Shown here piece by piece: positions 45,738 to 54,395 of a DNA stretch of 54,395 nucleotides. This stretch comes from a virus (Duplodnaviria; Caudoviricetes). Location of the stretch: IMG/VR virus record IMGVR_UViG_3300042922_001429, positions 1-54,395 of that record; one strand, 5' to 3'. The first letter of the stretch is position 1. Each line of letters begins with the position of its first letter. Under the pieces are notes generated by a model. It ran no database searches. It worked only from the letters and a program-made list of their open reading frames with translations, and was not told where the DNA came from. Position numbers and translations under genes: made by a program.

Positions 45738-48470
45738 ATGAACAATATAACTCTATACAGAAACAGCTCACCTCTTTTCAATTTAGTTGAAAGAGGGAAG
45801 CGTTCTGTTGAATCGGCAGCAATTAGCAGAGCAATGCTTTCAGATGATACGCTAACTATCCGAATGACATCAAGTTCTGTTTTGGATATTAAAATCAATG
45901 ACTACTTTGTTTTGTTCGGTTCAATTTACCGATTGAATGCTTTACCGAACGTTAACAAAATTAGTGATACAGAATATGAATATGATATTGTAGCTGAGGG
46001 ATTAATGTATGATATGAAGCGTTGTAAATACTTCAACGCTGACGGAACTGGTCAAAAATTCAATTTAGAATTTCCATTAATCGGAACTATTGAAACATTT
46101 TTGATTTGCCTTAAAAACAATATGCAGAGGCTTTCTTTAGATTGGGAAATTGGGAAGTTTACGAATTCAGAAACGAAAACAATTACTTTCGGTGATGATT
46201 CTTGTCTTTCTGCTTTACAGAAAATTTGTGATGAATTTAAAACAGATTTCTGGATTAAGATTGAAAACGATAAAATCGTAATCCACACCGGAGACTTTGG
46301 GCGAAAACTACCTATTAAATTTGAGTACGGAAAAGGGAAAGGATTGTATTCTTTGAACCGTTCAAACGTTGATGATAATGATATTATCAATAGGCTTTAC
46401 GTTTTGGGAGGTACCGAAAACATTCCCAATGGTTACAGAAATTTTTCAACAAACTTATTGCTTCCGGATTCAGATTTCATTGAAGATCAAAACCTCATCG
46501 CAGGATTCGGATTAAAAGAAGGATCAATTACTTTCGATGATATCTACCCAAAAAGAACGGGAAAAATTACCGCTTTAGGAGATACAAAATTCAAGTTTGT
46601 TGATTCTGGGATGGATTTCGATTTGAATGCAAAAGAATCGGATGGAGTAACAACTAAATATCTGATTGCAGGAACATCGGCGAAAGTCAGCATGAAAACA
46701 GGACCACTTGCAGGTTATGAATTTGAAATCAAAAAAGGTGGTTATAATCATTCAACTAAAACTTTTGAAATTATACCATTCACAAATGATTCCGGGCAAA
46801 AGTTCCCTGATGTAGATTCTGAAGCTTTTCAATTTGCTTTAGGTGACGAATATGTGATTTTAGATATCGTCATGCCTCAGACTTATATTGATAATGCTGA
46901 AAACGAATTATTGGTAAAAGGATTAGAGCAATTTGAACTTCATAAAAACGCAAAGGTTTCTTATGATCTGGAAGTAGATCCGACTTACATGGAAAAAATA
47001 GGAATCGGAAACTTTGATATCGGTGATTATGTGACAGTAGTAGATCAGCCTTTAGGCATTAATAAAATGCTTAGAATAAATTCTACAAACGTGACTTTTA
47101 TTGAAAATGGAATTTATAATCCTTACAAATATAAAGTTGTAATTGCAGATTCCTACGAGATCAATTACGCTTCACAAGTGATTTTGGATATCAAAACAAT
47201 TAAGAATGTTCTTTCTATTACCAACCTTGGAAATATCAACTATTCAAAATTAGGATTAAAAACCACACAGGAACTTCAGAACCTAACATTTGATACTGAT
47301 AATTATTTCTGGCCAGAGAATATAAAACCCGAATCAATCGAAACAAATATGCTTTCCGTTGGTGCGAAATCTCAGCAGGTAAGCTGCTCGGTAGTTTTTG
47401 AATTGATGGTTGACGGAAATAAAAACAAAGTCAAAGCAAATGCAGGGGTGATCTATTCGCAGACCTTCGATAAGACTTGGAATATCGCAGAAAACACCGT
47501 AGTTCTTACTGATGATGAATTTAGATATGTTTATGCTGTTTGTGATAAGTCCGGAACAGATGCAGTTATTGAATTTACTCAGGAAAAAATCAAGTTTGAT
47601 GATAATGTAAATGATTTCTATTTCTTACTTGGAATACTTCATACGGTAGTTGATGATGTTCGTGTGCTTTCAATTACAATCGGAACTACTACTATAAATG
47701 GGGGGCTTATCCGAACAGGTACCATTTCTTCTTTAGATCTGCAAACTTATTTCAATCTCGATACTGGCGAAATCAAAGGGAAAATTAAATTTTTAAACGG
47801 TTCAGACGGGTTTACATCGATTGATGGTGGATTGCTTATGTCAGAAGTTATTGAAGTGGGTGATGATGGAAACGTGAATGCTTTTGTTTCCGGAAAAACG
47901 GACGTAGGTGATACAACTGGAACGAGTGTAAGATTTGGAGCCGGCGCAGATTATGACGGCAGAAATACAGCTCCTTTCAGGGTTCAAAATAATGGTAAAA
48001 TGATTGCTGAAAATGCCGACATTCAAGGAACCGTTAATGCTGAATCTGGTTATATAGGAGGTGTTAATGGATGGAAGATAACCTCTACAATGCTCACGAG
48101 TACAACAGGAAAATTATTGTTTGGGGATTTTGACAGTTCAGGAAACTTTTTGTCTGGCGTGGCTATTTCTGCGGATAACTACCCTGGAAATCCAAGCTTT
48201 AGAAACCGATTTAAACTCTCTAGTAACATAGTTGGAGGTGGAACCAATAATTATACAGCTGATATTTCTGCAACGGGATCAGGAAATAATAATACCGCAT
48301 TGAGACTTTCAGCTTCTGGTGGTATTGGAAATACAGCTCTTGAAATAATAGAAGGTGGAATTTTGATCGGATCTCAAAGTGGTAAAAGCGTTTTAATTCA
48401 ATATAAAGATACATTTGGCAATGACAAGGCTCTATCTTTTGAAAAAGGGATTCTAGTGGCACATAGTTAA
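45738..48470 (+). CDS. Tail hub/host-specificity (Tal-like) protein
   Basis: YGKGKGL, RLYVLGG..N, DIYPKRTG, TTINGGLI.TG, APFRVQNNG. Confidence 0.8.
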   Translation: MNNITLYRNSSPLFNLVERGKRSVESAAISRAMLSDDTLTIRMTSSSVLDIKINDYFVLFGSIYRLNALPNVNKISDTEYEYDIVAEGLMYDMKRCKYFNADGTGQKFNLEFPLIGTIETFLICLKNNMQRLSLDWEIGKFTNSETKTITFGDDSCLSALQKICDEFKTDFWIKIENDKIVIHTGDFGRKLPIKFEYGKGKGLYSLNRSNVDDNDIINRLYVLGGTENIPNGYRNFSTNLLLPDSDFIEDQNLIAGFGLKEGSITFDDIYPKRTGKITALGDTKFKFVDSGMDFDLNAKESDGVTTKYLIAGTSAKVSMKTGPLAGYEFEIKKGGYNHSTKTFEIIPFTNDSGQKFPDVDSEAFQFALGDEYVILDIVMPQTYIDNAENELLVKGLEQFELHKNAKVSYDLEVDPTYMEKIGIGNFDIGDYVTVVDQPLGINKMLRINSTNVTFIENGIYNPYKYKVVIADSYEINYASQVILDIKTIKNVLSITNLGNINYSKLGLKTTQELQNLTFDTDNYFWPENIKPESIETNMLSVGAKSQQVSCSVVFELMVDGNKNKVKANAGVIYSQTFDKTWNIAENTVVLTDDEFRYVYAVCDKSGTDAVIEFTQEKIKFDDNVNDFYFLLGILHTVVDDVRVLSITIGTTTINGGLIRTGTISSLDLQTYFNLDTGEIKGKIKFLNGSDGFTSIDGGLLMSEVIEVGDDGNVNAFVSGKTDVGDTTGTSVRFGAGADYDGRNTAPFRVQNNGKMIAENADIQGTVNAESGYIGGVNGWKITSTMLTSTTGKLLFGDFDSSGNFLSGVAISADNYPGNPSFRNRFKLSSNIVGGGTNNYTADISATGSGNNNTALRLSASGGIGNTALEIIEGGILIGSQSGKSVLIQYKDTFGNDKALSFEKGILVAHS

Positions 48471-48480
48471 TATATTTACA

Positions 48481-49035
48481 ATGAAAACAATTATAAGCAT
48501 TCTCAGATTCGTTCTGAAAAACCTCAACACTATTCATAGTGGAATTGGTGTTGATAAAATATTCGCAACCGTAAAGATAGCTGCTATTCCTGCAATTTTT
48601 GTAACAGTATTTGAAGGATTATCAGAATGGTACATCGTAAATCAGTGGTTTATGATCTTTGTTTTTTACGCCATTGCGATAGATCATATTTTAGGAAGCG
48701 TTGTCCATGCTTTTATAAAGAAAGATTTTACTTTTAAAAAAAATGCAAGTGGTTTTGTTATGAAAATAGGACTTTGCATTGCTGGATATTCTTTATTTAT
48801 AATGATTCATGAGATTTTTAAAGGAATTCCGTTTATAGCCGATTATTTTAAAATACTTATTCAGTTTATAGTTTTTATATGGCCGGCAGGATCCGCAATG
48901 GGTAATATGAGTATTCTTACCGGAGGGAAATTTCCACCAATTGGATGGATGAGAAAGCTGGAAAAGTTCCAGGAGAATTTAGATTTAGATAATTTTAAAA
49001 CAACGAAAGATGAAGATAGCACTGATAATACTTAG
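48481..49035 (+). CDS. Holin
   Basis: Multiple TM segments, IDHILG motif, first gene of the lysis cassette. Confidence 0.75.
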   Translation: MKTIISILRFVLKNLNTIHSGIGVDKIFATVKIAAIPAIFVTVFEGLSEWYIVNQWFMIFVFYAIAIDHILGSVVHAFIKKDFTFKKNASGFVMKIGLCIAGYSLFIMIHEIFKGIPFIADYFKILIQFIVFIWPAGSAMGNMSILTGGKFPPIGWMRKLEKFQENLDLDNFKTTKDEDSTDNT

Positions 49036-49582
49036 TTTATTCCTGATATCAGGATGTAAGTCAAAAAAGGTTTTAAAAACAAAATCATCAGAATCAGAAA
49101 TGGTTCAGGTAGTTTCTGAAAAAAAGGAAGAAAAGCAAATTGAGAAAGTTGAGCAAAAGCAGGAAACAAAAAAGATTGATCTGGTTGACCAGAAAAAAGA
49201 AAGCCAGACCGAAATTGAAATTAAAGGCAAAGCTGAAACTGATAAACCGATTGAACTCTTCAACATTGAGAACGGTGACACTCTGCAAAGTATTAAAATT
49301 ACCGGGAATGCAGAAGTATCAATCCGAACGAAAACCAATAATTCGGATCAAGTAAAGAAAGAAAATTCAATTTCAGAATCAAATAATAAACTGGAAGAAC
49401 TTGCAAAGAACATTGTCAATGAAAATAACTTGAAGAAAGCAGGAAAACAAATCAATAATTCAGCAAAAGAAGTTACAACCACAACTGGAACATTCTGGAG
49501 TTTTGGACTTATCGCAATATTCGGAGTTGTGGCATTAGTCATTATAGGATTAATAATTTACTTTAAAAAATTTCGAAAATGA
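49010..49582 (+). CDS. Unimolecular spanin-like lipoprotein
   Basis: Lipobox LISGC and C-terminal TM FWSFGLIAIFGVVALVIIGLIIYF. Confidence 0.7.
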   Translation: MKIALIILSLFLISGCKSKKVLKTKSSESEMVQVVSEKKEEKQIEKVEQKQETKKIDLVDQKKESQTEIEIKGKAETDKPIELFNIENGDTLQSIKITGNAEVSIRTKTNNSDQVKKENSISESNNKLEELAKNIVNENNLKKAGKQINNSAKEVTTTTGTFWSFGLIAIFGVVALVIIGLIIYFKKFRK

Positions 49583-50016
49583 AAACATCACAAAAAGGAA
49601 TCAATTTAATTTTATCATTTGAAGGATTCAGTTCAAAACCCTATTTGGATTCTGCGGGAATTGCTACAATTGGTTACGGAAATACATATTATCCGGGAGG
49701 CAAAAAAGTAACAATGAAAGATGCTGCAATCAGTAAAGAAAAAGGAGCGGAATTATTTTCACTGATTCTTCCTAATTATGAAAAAATAATAAATGCTAAA
49801 ATCAAAATTAACATTACCCAAAATCAATTTGACGCTCTTGTATCGCATACTTATAACACCGGAGGGTCTGATACTTTATTTTCATTGATCAATAAAAAAG
49901 CAAATTCAGAAACCATTAAAGATTGGTTTACTTCAAGATATATTACTGCTGGCGGTAAAATTTTGAACGGCTTGATAAAGCGTAGAAAGGCAGAAGCCGA
50001 TTTATATTTTAGTTAA
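49579..50016 (+). CDS. Endolysin, GH24 lysozyme
   Basis: FEG...Y.DSAGIATIGYG, QNQFDALVS..YN.G, GLIKRRKAE. Confidence 0.95.
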   Translation: MKTSQKGINLILSFEGFSSKPYLDSAGIATIGYGNTYYPGGKKVTMKDAAISKEKGAELFSLILPNYEKIINAKIKINITQNQFDALVSHTYNTGGSDTLFSLINKKANSETIKDWFTSRYITAGGKILNGLIKRRKAEADLYFS

Positions 50017-50071
50017 CGCAAAGGTGTCGAATCCGGCACCTTTAAAAAAAATGAGATGTATTTTTATCTAG

Positions 50072-50100
50072 TGCCCCACGAGTTGGGGCTTTTTTATTTT
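50072..50100 (+). terminator. Terminator of the late operon
   Basis: GCCCCA-CGAGT-TGGGGC-TTTTTT. Confidence 0.75.
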
Positions 50101-50189
50101 AATACGTCAAGTTTTGTCGCATTACCTGTTCATTTTTGCTGTGGATAAGTTTTAAATATCTATATTTAAAAACGACATAACTTTGCAGA

Positions 50190-50660
50190 ATGGAAGAGGG
50201 TAATTTAGAAATATTTAAGTTAGATAATGCTGAACCGTTGGTTTTGAAGCCTTTAAACGAAAGTTTGAAAGCTGGGGGATATGGTTCGTTTCCTAGTGCT
50301 GCATTAGATTTTCCAGATGATAGCATTGATTTTCTCAAGCTTTTGGTTAAAGATCCTATCACAACTTTTCCGGGGAGAATCTCCGGTGATTCGTTAAAGG
50401 ATATCGGCGTTCTTGATGGCGACTGGTGTCTTATTCAGAAAGGTATTGAAGCAAAACCAAATGATATTGTCGCTGCAATTATTGAAGATCAATTTTTCAT
50501 TAAAAGATTCAAACCCAAATATGAAGAGAATAACAGTTTCAAAGAATTAAAATTAGAATCCGCAAATCCCGATTTCTCAAGTTTCGACATAAATGATGAA
50601 ACTGAATTTTTTCTTTGGGGGGTAGTGACGTGGACTTTTAGAAACTGGCGAAAACTATGA
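50190..50660 (+). CDS. umuD: UmuD-like S24 peptidase
   Basis: AG..FPSAA cleavage region, GDSL, IKR, WGVV. Confidence 0.88.
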   Translation: MEEGNLEIFKLDNAEPLVLKPLNESLKAGGYGSFPSAALDFPDDSIDFLKLLVKDPITTFPGRISGDSLKDIGVLDGDWCLIQKGIEAKPNDIVAAIIEDQFFIKRFKPKYEENNSFKELKLESANPDFSSFDINDETEFFLWGVVTWTFRNWRKL

Positions 50661-51913
50661 TAGCTTTAATTGATGGAAATAACTTTTACGCATCGTGCGA
50701 ACGAATTTTCCGATATGATTGTCGGGAAAAACCTGTTGTTGTTCTGAGTAATAATGACGGATGTGCAATTGCCCGATCAAATGAAGCGAAAGCTTTGGGA
50801 ATTAAAATGGGTGAGCCATACTTTAAGGTTAAGCACTTTGAAAAATCAGACGGGCTTTTTGTTTTCTCTGCAAACTTTGTTCTTTACGGCGATATCAGCA
50901 ATCGTGTAGTTCAAATCGTAAAGCGTTACTGTAACGATATTGAAGTATATTCGATTGATGAAAGTTTCCTTTTTCTTGATGGATATTCAAATCCGTTACA
51001 GAAAATGAGACAGTTGAGAACAGATGTATTAAAAGGACTTGACTTGCCGACAAGTATTGGTATGGCAGAAACCAAAACCCTTGCAAAAGTAGCCAACAAA
51101 ATAGCAAAAAAATATCATGTGAAAACCGGTTCGGTCTACATGATTGACACTCCCGAAAAAATAGAAGCTGCATTGAAGTGGTTTCCTTTGGAAGATGTAT
51201 GGGGAATAGGTAGACAATATTTTGAACGCTTCAAAAAGTATGGAGCAAAAACAGCTTATGATTTCACACAATTTCCGGATGATTTTCTTCGTGATGAAAT
51301 GGGTGTTTTCGGAGTTCGTATGAAGAAAGAACTTCTTGGCGAACGCCAATATGAAATGACGATTTCAGAGCCTAAAAAAAATATTGCTACTACCAGAACA
51401 TTTGATAAAGGAAATGATAATTACGATTACGTTTCTGAGAGAGTCTCAACTTATGCGTCTGAATGTGCGAGAAAACTTCGTGAGCAGAAATCATGCTGCA
51501 AGCATGTAACGGTTTTTGTTACAACAGATCGCTTTAAGATGGACCAGGTGCAATATTCCAATTCTTTTACGATAACACTTCCAAATCCAAGTAATTCAGC
51601 AATTGAAATTTCAAAATATGCAAAAAAAGCTTTGGATAAAATATTTATTCTGGGATTTAAATACCGAAAAGTCGGAGTAATTACAGGAACCTTTGTTCCG
51701 GATTCCGAAAGAATGACGAGTATGTTTGATGAAGATCTGCATGATCGTCATGCTCCTTTGATGGAATCTATTGATTTTTTAAATAAAAAATTAGGCACAC
51801 AGAAAGTAAAATTGGCATCAATGGATGTTCAGAAAACATGGAAAATGGACCAGAAACATCTTTCTCCAAAATATACAACATCATTTGCCGAATCTATTGT
51901 TTTGAAAGCATAA
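50657..51913 (+). CDS. umuC: Y-family DNA polymerase V catalytic subunit
   Basis: DGNNFYASCE, LSNNDGC, YSIDE, LSPKYTT. Confidence 0.95.
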   Translation: MIALIDGNNFYASCERIFRYDCREKPVVVLSNNDGCAIARSNEAKALGIKMGEPYFKVKHFEKSDGLFVFSANFVLYGDISNRVVQIVKRYCNDIEVYSIDESFLFLDGYSNPLQKMRQLRTDVLKGLDLPTSIGMAETKTLAKVANKIAKKYHVKTGSVYMIDTPEKIEAALKWFPLEDVWGIGRQYFERFKKYGAKTAYDFTQFPDDFLRDEMGVFGVRMKKELLGERQYEMTISEPKKNIATTRTFDKGNDNYDYVSERVSTYASECARKLREQKSCCKHVTVFVTTDRFKMDQVQYSNSFTITLPNPSNSAIEISKYAKKALDKIFILGFKYRKVGVITGTFVPDSERMTSMFDEDLHDRHAPLMESIDFLNKKLGTQKVKLASMDVQKTWKMDQKHLSPKYTTSFAESIVLKA

Positions 51914-51957
51914 AATAATATAGCACAAATTTTGTAGATTAGTTTTAAACTATAAGT

Positions 51958-52584
51958 ATGTGTTACAACTATAATTCAAAGGGTGTTAATCTCAAAAAGG
52001 CATTACAGGAATTAAATGCGGAAGATTCAGGACAGGAATATATTCTTCGAGATAACGTGAACGCATTTGTAAAACAGGCAGCACCAACAATTCCGGCAAT
52101 AGTAAATCACAACGGAATTATTTTGATCAATACTTATTGGGGAACTCAAGAAAATCCAGATCAGGCAACTAAAGGAAAAAATCTAAAATCAGAAAACACA
52201 CATACATTCTATCGAAATATTGAGCAAAACAGATGCTTAATTCCTGCAAGTTCTTACTACGAACATAAAACAGTTGCCATCAATGGAAAAAAAACACCAT
52301 TAAAAGTAAAGCACGAAATGTTCTGGAAGGATAAAGCACAATTTTATATTGCGGGTTTTTATAATATCTGGTCTGATGGAAATTTGGGCTTCGGTTTGGT
52401 TACAACTTTGCCGAATCCTACTCAGGCAGAAATCCACAATAGAATGATCATAACGATGGATCATGAAATGGGAAGAGAATTCCTTGACAACGCACCAATC
52501 GAAGAGTTTCAGTTTCCGAACTATTCTCCTAATTTGGATTTCAAAAACTTAGAACCGGAGAAAACTCCAATAACACTATTTTAA
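51958..52584 (+). CDS. SRAP (YedK/HMCES-like) abasic-site protein
   Basis: N-terminal MC, RCLIPASSYYE, IHNRM. Confidence 0.85.
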   Translation: MCYNYNSKGVNLKKALQELNAEDSGQEYILRDNVNAFVKQAAPTIPAIVNHNGIILINTYWGTQENPDQATKGKNLKSENTHTFYRNIEQNRCLIPASSYYEHKTVAINGKKTPLKVKHEMFWKDKAQFYIAGFYNIWSDGNLGFGLVTTLPNPTQAEIHNRMIITMDHEMGREFLDNAPIEEFQFPNYSPNLDFKNLEPEKTPITLF

Positions 52585-52585
52585 T

Positions 52586-52951
52586 ATGACAAAAGAAGAT
52601 ACTTTAACCCTGCTGTATGAAACTGCCGAAGAATTTGCAGGTGAGCCTACATTGTTATTTGAAAATGCCATAGGTTTACTCCAGTATGCTGCAGTTCAAA
52701 AAAATATTGAATTCGACGGATATTTCCGCACAAAATGGGAAATAGAAGCCGATCACCCAATGACATTTGATGACGAATATTTCGAGAATGAAAACCGTAG
52801 TGAGTTGTATGTATATTTAGCAGCCGAAGCAGATCCAGAAATATACGAGTGCTTAGAATATGCATACAATCTAACCCACGATGAAGATTTAAATGAAAAT
52901 ATATTACATCGAGAAATATATACATTACAAGAAAAAGGAGTTAAATTTTAA
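52586..52951 (+). CDS. Acidic hypothetical protein
   Basis: Coupled to SRAP; very Glu/Asp-rich. Confidence 0.7.
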   Translation: MTKEDTLTLLYETAEEFAGEPTLLFENAIGLLQYAAVQKNIEFDGYFRTKWEIEADHPMTFDDEYFENENRSELYVYLAAEADPEIYECLEYAYNLTHDEDLNENILHREIYTLQEKGVKF

Positions 52952-53005
52952 CTGTTTTACGGTTAACCATTTTTTAGAAAATAAAATCATCAATAACTTC
53001 ACACT

Positions 53006-53203
53006 ATGAAAAATATTGATGATAAAATTATACAATTTTTAAAAGATGGACTTACTCAACTTGAAATTTCCATAAAATTACAGGAAGAAAATATTAGACC
53101 AAACAGTTTGAGTTCGGTAGAGAAAAAAATCAAAAACATTAGAGAGTCATACGGAGCTAAAACACTTTTTCATTTAGGGTATATTTTATCTAAAAAGCCC
53201 TGA
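53006..53203 (+). CDS. Stand-alone LuxR-like HTH protein
   Basis: LKDGLTQLEIS...PNSLSSVEKKI...AKTLFHL, like flavobacterial response-regulator output domains. Confidence 0.7.
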   Translation: MKNIDDKIIQFLKDGLTQLEISIKLQEENIRPNSLSSVEKKIKNIRESYGAKTLFHLGYILSKKP

Positions 53204-53217
53204 TTATTCAGGGCTTT
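53194..53217. terminator. Bidirectional terminator
   Basis: AAAGCCCTGA-TTAT-TCAGGGCTTT between convergent genes. Confidence 0.75.
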
Positions 53218-53243
53218 GTTTTATTGAATAGTGGCTATCTTGT

Positions 53244-54395
53244 TTAAAAACCAGTTTTTAAATTTTTTTGTTTTTCGAGAAGTTGTTCTTTATAATCGAC
53301 AGCATATATTCTTGTAGTCTTTTGATTGGTATGTCCCAAAGCTTTTTGAGCTTCATCTAAGCCGTATATTGTAGTTATATCATTTGCGAAAGTATGTCGC
53401 AAAACAGACATATCCGCCGCAATACCAAGTTTCTTTTTAACCCATCTACGATACTTATTACTTAATGACCATTCGGTGCATGGAACTTCTCCTGGTACTA
53501 GATCGTTACAAAATAAATATTGATCCTCTTTTTCAGCTTCTGAAAGGACTTCTTTCCAAAGATTGTAAACATTAATATTGATGGGCTTGATAACCTGATG
53601 GTATCTTTTCCCCTTTCTTTCAAAAATTATAAAATACTGTTTTTCCAAAAAAACATCCGAAAGCTTTATATTTCTAAATTCTGTTATTCTAGTTTGAGAA
53701 CAATAATACATTTTTAAAATTCTCCAAAGCTTGTAATTTGAATATTTAAGATCTTCAAATTTTTCTTTATCATCTTTTCTATAGATGGTCCTGATTTTTG
53801 GAGTGTGTGGTTTTTTCTTAATGAAATGTAAGAAATTGTGCTCAAATATTTCTAAGTCAACAAAATAATTAAACAGGATCCCTAAGTAAGTTTTTACTTT
53901 ATTAAAGCGATCATTGGAGTAACCTTTTCCTAAAAGATAATCAAGAATTATTCTTATATCTCTCTTCCTAATTTCTCCTATAGGTTTAATTGTAAGATCA
54001 AGACGGAACGCAGCCTCTGTAACAAGTTTTATTGTATCTTTCATAACTTTGATAGTAGAGGAAACTAAAGTTGATTTTTCAAGTGCTATGTTGAGAGCTT
54101 CGATGAATGGTGTATGTTCGGTTACAAACTCACTTGTCCGTTCAAATTCTTTAGTTATTGGATTGTATCCTTTTTCAAGAAGTTTAATTTCCTCTGAAAT
54201 AAGAAGTTTGGTAAGTTCTTGTTTTTCCTTCAGGGTTTTACATCTATTCATTCCTTTGAACCTGACGGGATAGCCATCCGGATACATTGGAGAGTAAAAT
54301 TTGTAATAAATCTCCCAAGTTTTTTCTAGGTTAGATTTAAGGTTCTTTTCCCAACTGATGGGAGTGACTTTGATTTCTGAATACTGCGTTTTCAT
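53244..54395 (-). CDS. int: Tyrosine recombinase (integrase)
   Basis: RITE, LRHT, LGH, RIY catalytic motifs. Confidence 0.93.
   Translation of the reverse strand: MKTQYSEIKVTPISWEKNLKSNLEKTWEIYYKFYSPMYPDGYPVRFKGMNRCKTLKEKQELTKLLISEEIKLLEKGYNPITKEFERTSEFVTEHTPFIEALNIALEKSTLVSSTIKVMKDTIKLVTEAAFRLDLTIKPIGEIRKRDIRIILDYLLGKGYSNDRFNKVKTYLGILFNYFVDLEIFEHNFLHFIKKKPHTPKIRTIYRKDDKEKFEDLKYSNYKLWRILKMYYCSQTRITEFRNIKLSDVFLEKQYFIIFERKGKRYHQVIKPININVYNLWKEVLSEAEKEDQYLFCNDLVPGEVPCTEWSLSNKYRRWVKKKLGIAADMSVLRHTFANDITTIYGLDEAQKALGHTNQKTTRIYAVDYKEQLLEKQKNLKTGF

Larger units (their letters stand above)
1..54395. mobile_element. Temperate siphovirus-like prophage of a Flavobacteriia host
   Basis: Repressor/cro switch, replication, terminase, portal, capsid, tape measure, lysis and tyrosine integrase genes in canonical modular order; no sheath gene seen. 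Confidence 0.95.

Noticed and set aside
45704-45898. N-terminal extension of the acyltransferase overlapping the tail gene
   Set aside because: Family motifs begin right after MKKLF at 45703; the extension is antisense to a bona fide gene
50021-50043. AAGGTGTCGAATCCGGCACCTT as an SOS operator for umuD
   Set aside because: Lies upstream of the late terminator and far from the umuD promoter; more likely an RNA hairpin or dispersed palindrome
1-54395. Diversity-generating retroelement, retron or CRISPR array
   Set aside because: No reverse transcriptase motifs, no TR/VR pair near tail genes and no regularly spaced repeats seen by eye
53244-54395. attL/attR direct repeats
   Set aside because: Window is cut at gene boundaries; no terminal repeat visible
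1-54395. Alternative genetic code or intron-split core genes
   Set aside because: Core genes translate full length in the standard code

Overview
The window is an apparently complete ~54 kb temperate siphovirus-type prophage. It is trimmed to gene ends: it starts at the stop codon of a minus-strand HTH gene and ends at the start codon of the integrase, so att sites are not visible. AT-richness, TAnnTTTG (-7) promoter boxes, A-rich leaders without Shine-Dalgarno sequences and the lipoprotein style point to a Flavobacteriia host, probably Chryseobacterium-like (inference). Gene order: lysogeny and immunity region (1-3.1 kb); recombination and replication (Rad50-like ATPase, RecT, MBL nuclease, NdpA, initiator, DnaB, SNF2-methyltransferase fusion); a DnaA domain IV-like regulator followed by tRNAs and structured RNAs; packaging and head genes split by a 5 kb accessory island; tail genes with an antisense O-acetyltransferase; holin, u-spanin and lysozyme; umuD-umuC-SRAP; integrase. 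Best candidates for undescribed biology: (1) a lipoprotein/pro-peptide + 4-TM coiled-coil protein + small protein operon converging on a repressor that has no autocleavage domain, possibly an envelope or peptide signal input to lysis-lysogeny; (2) an identical 17-bp operator at the DnaA-IV-like regulator promoter and at the divergent capsid/accessory promoter; (3) a stand-alone NucC/DUF6602-like nuclease beside a candidate type I toxin-antitoxin locus; (4) several unannotated structured RNAs; (5) a small terminase with a histone H1-like tail. All product calls come from motif recognition by eye, not database searches.
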